DNA from: Neoechinorhynchus agilis
Taxonomy: Eukaryota; Animalia; Acanthocephala
Direction of reading: 5' to 3'
Length of the DNA: 64,000 bases
NCBI GenBank assembly: GCA_051530055.1
Contig: CM121341.1
Location: forward strand, 1,824,711 to 1,888,710
The position numbers and the translations under genes were made by a program. Numbering within the stretch: position 1 is the first letter of the stretch; the number at the start of each line of letters is the position of its first letter. This document shows positions 61,601 to 64,000 of the stretch, one piece after another. Below the pieces are notes generated by a model that saw only the letters and a list, made by a program, of their open reading frames with translations, ran no database searches and was not told where the DNA came from.

Positions 61601-64000
61601 TAAAGGTTTCATGTGAATGAATCGACATAAAAGCCGTTAATATCTCGTGTTGTTAAGAAGTTTGGGCCGATAACAAAAGACGCAACTTTGGGAACAAACT
61701 CAAATTTGTGTACAAAGGAATCGTTTGGTTTCGTTTTTTCTTAATGTTTCATGTGAATGAATCGACATAAAAGCGTTAATATCTCGTGTTGTTAAAAAGT
61801 TTGGGCCGATAACAAAAGACGCAACTTTAAGGAACAAACACAAATTTGTGTACAAAGGAATCGTTTGGTTTCGCTTTTTTCTAAAGGTTTCATGTAATTG
61901 AATCGACATAAAAGCGTTAATATCTCGTGTTGTTAAGAAGTTTGGGCCGATAACAAAAGACGGAACTTTAAGGAACAAAGAGAAATTTGTGTACAAAGGA
62001 ATCGTTTGGTTTCGTTTTCTAAAGGTTTCATGTAAATGAATCGACATAAAAGCGTTAATATCTCGTGTTGTTAAGAAGTTTGGGCCGATAACAAAAGACG
62101 GAACTTTAAGGAACAAACACAAATTTGTGTACAAAGGAATCGTTTGGTTCGTTTTTTTAAAGGTTTCATGTGAATGAATCGACATAAAAGCCTTAATATC
62201 TCGTGTTGTTAAGAAGTTTGGGCCGATAACAAAAGACGGAACTATAAGAAACAAAGAGAAATTTGTGTACAAAGGAATCGTTTGGTTTCGTTTTTTCTAA
62301 AGGTTTCATGTGAATGAATCGACATAAAAGCCGTTAATATCTCGTGTTGTTAAGAAGTTTGGGCCGATAACAAAAGACGGAACTTTAAGGAACAAACACA
62401 AATTTGTGTACAAAGGAGTCGTTTGGTTTCGTTTTTTCTAAAGGTTTCATGTGAATGAATCGACATAAAAGCCGTTAATATCTCGTGTTGTTAAGAAATT
62501 TGGGGCCGTTAACGAAAGACGGAACTTTAAGGAACAAACACAAATTTGTGTACAAAGGAATCGTTTGGTTTCGTTTTTTCTAAAGGTTTCATGTAATTGA
62601 ATCGACATAAAAGCGTTAATATCTCGTGTTGTTAAAAAATTTGGGCCGATAACAAAAGACGGAACTTTAAGGAACAAACACAAATTTGTGTACAAAGGAA
62701 TCGTTTGGTTTCGTTTTTTCTTAATGTTTCATGTGAATGAATCGACATAAAAGCGTTAATATCTCGTGTTGTTAAGAAATTTGGGGCCGATAACTAAAGA
62801 CGGAACTTTAAGGAACAAACACAAATTTGTGTAAAAAGGAATCGTTTGGTTTCGTTTTTTCTTAATGTTTCATGTGAATGAATCGACATAAAAGCGTTAA
62901 TATCTCGTGTTGTTAAGAAGTTTGGGCCGATAACAAAGGACGGAACTTTAAGGAACAAACACAAATTTGTGTACAAAGGAATCGTTTGGTTTCGCTTTTT
63001 TCTAAAGGTTTCATGTGAATGAATCGACATAAAAGCGTTAATATCTCGTGTTGTTAAGAAATTTGGGGCCGATAACTAAAGACGGAACTTTAAGGAACAA
63101 ACACAAATTTGTGTAAAAAGGAATCGTTTGGTTTCGTTTTTTCTTAATGTTTCATGTGAATGAATCGACATAAAAGCGTTAATATCTCGTGTTGTTAAGA
63201 AATTTGGGGCCGATAACAAAAGACGGAACTTTAAGGAACAAACAAAAATTTGTGTACAAAGGAATCGTTTGGTTTCGTTTTTTCTAAAGGTTTCATGTAA
63301 ATGAATCGACATAAAAGCGTTAATATCTCGTGTTGTTAAGAAGTTTGGGCCGATAACAAAAGACGGAACTTTAAGGAACAAAGAGAAATTTGTGTACAAA
63401 GGAATCGTTTGGTTTCGTTTTTTCTAAAGGTTTCATGTAAATGAATCGACATAAAAGCCGTTAATATCTCGTGTTGTTAAGAAGTTTGGGCCGATGTAAG
63501 ACGAACTTTAGAACAAACACAAATCATTTGCGGGTCACAAAGAATCGTTTGTGGACATATTCGTTTTTCTAGTTTCATATGAATGAATCGTATCATAAAG
63601 CCGTTAGCTCTCGTTGTTGTTAGAAGGTTTTTAGGCCGATAACAAAAGACGAACTTTAGACAAACCTCAAATTTGTGTTAAAAGAATCATTTTGGGCTCG
63701 TTTTTCTAAAGGTTTCATGTGAATGAATCGACATAAAAGCCGTTAATATCTCGTGTTGTTAAGAAGTTTGGGCCGATAACAAAAGACGGAACTTTAAGGA
63801 ACAAACTCAAATTTGTGTACAAAGGAATCGTTTGGTTTCGTTTTTTCTAAAGGTTTCATGTAAATGAATCGACATAAAAGCGTTAATATCTCGTGTTGTT
63901 AAAAAGTTTGGGCCGATAACAAAAGACGGAACTTTAAGGAACAAACACAAATTTGTGTACAAAGGAATCGTTTGGTTTCGTTTTTTCTAAAGGTTTCATG
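58687..64000. repeat. Satellite DNA, 141-bp monomer, about 38 copies, running off the window end
   Basis: gtacaaag at 59041, 59182, 59323 (period 141); contains the palindrome acacaaatttgtgt. The 47-aa periodicity of the spurious ORFs agrees. Confidence 0.98.

Noticed and set aside
58514-63399. 47-aa periodic ORFs on the minus strand
   Set aside because: 141 is divisible by 3, so the satellite gives open frames by chance; frequent frameshifts

Overview
AT-rich eukaryotic genomic DNA, probably from a fast-evolving animal with a compact genome (inference from gene architecture). It uses the standard code and GT-AG introns, and I found no prokaryotic features, rRNA, tRNA or CRISPR. Six recognisable but divergent housekeeping genes are present: SSRP1, CENP-X, METTL15, MED21, HECTD1 and a ZFC3H1-like gene. 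There are also several orphan ORFs. Two large satellites (104 bp at 10.3-20.7 kb; 141 bp at 58.7-64 kb) and smaller arrays (139 bp twice, 279 bp, 114 bp) lie between the genes, with relics of Penelope-like, LINE, CRE-type and Ty3/Gypsy retroelements. Three observations stand out. (1) A family of hammerhead-ribozyme-like cores (CTGANRA-N-stem II-GAA-palindrome-H) shows covarying stem II across copies. The cores occur at the 3' ends of Penelope-like elements, in long fold-back palindromes and in a 279-bp tandem array that also carries the splice acceptor and first 8 codons of MED21. (2) A 3' splice acceptor sits just upstream of the ATG in seven genes, and CENP-X and METTL15 are only 90 bp apart, which suggests spliced-leader trans-splicing and operons. 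(3) Conserved proteins appear to have lost domains: the SSRP1 HMG box, the HECTD1 MIB/HERC2 domain and the ZFC3H1 zinc finger. Gene names come from recalled motif similarity, not database searches. All folds were assessed by eye, and ribozyme activity is unproven because helix I is weak in cis.
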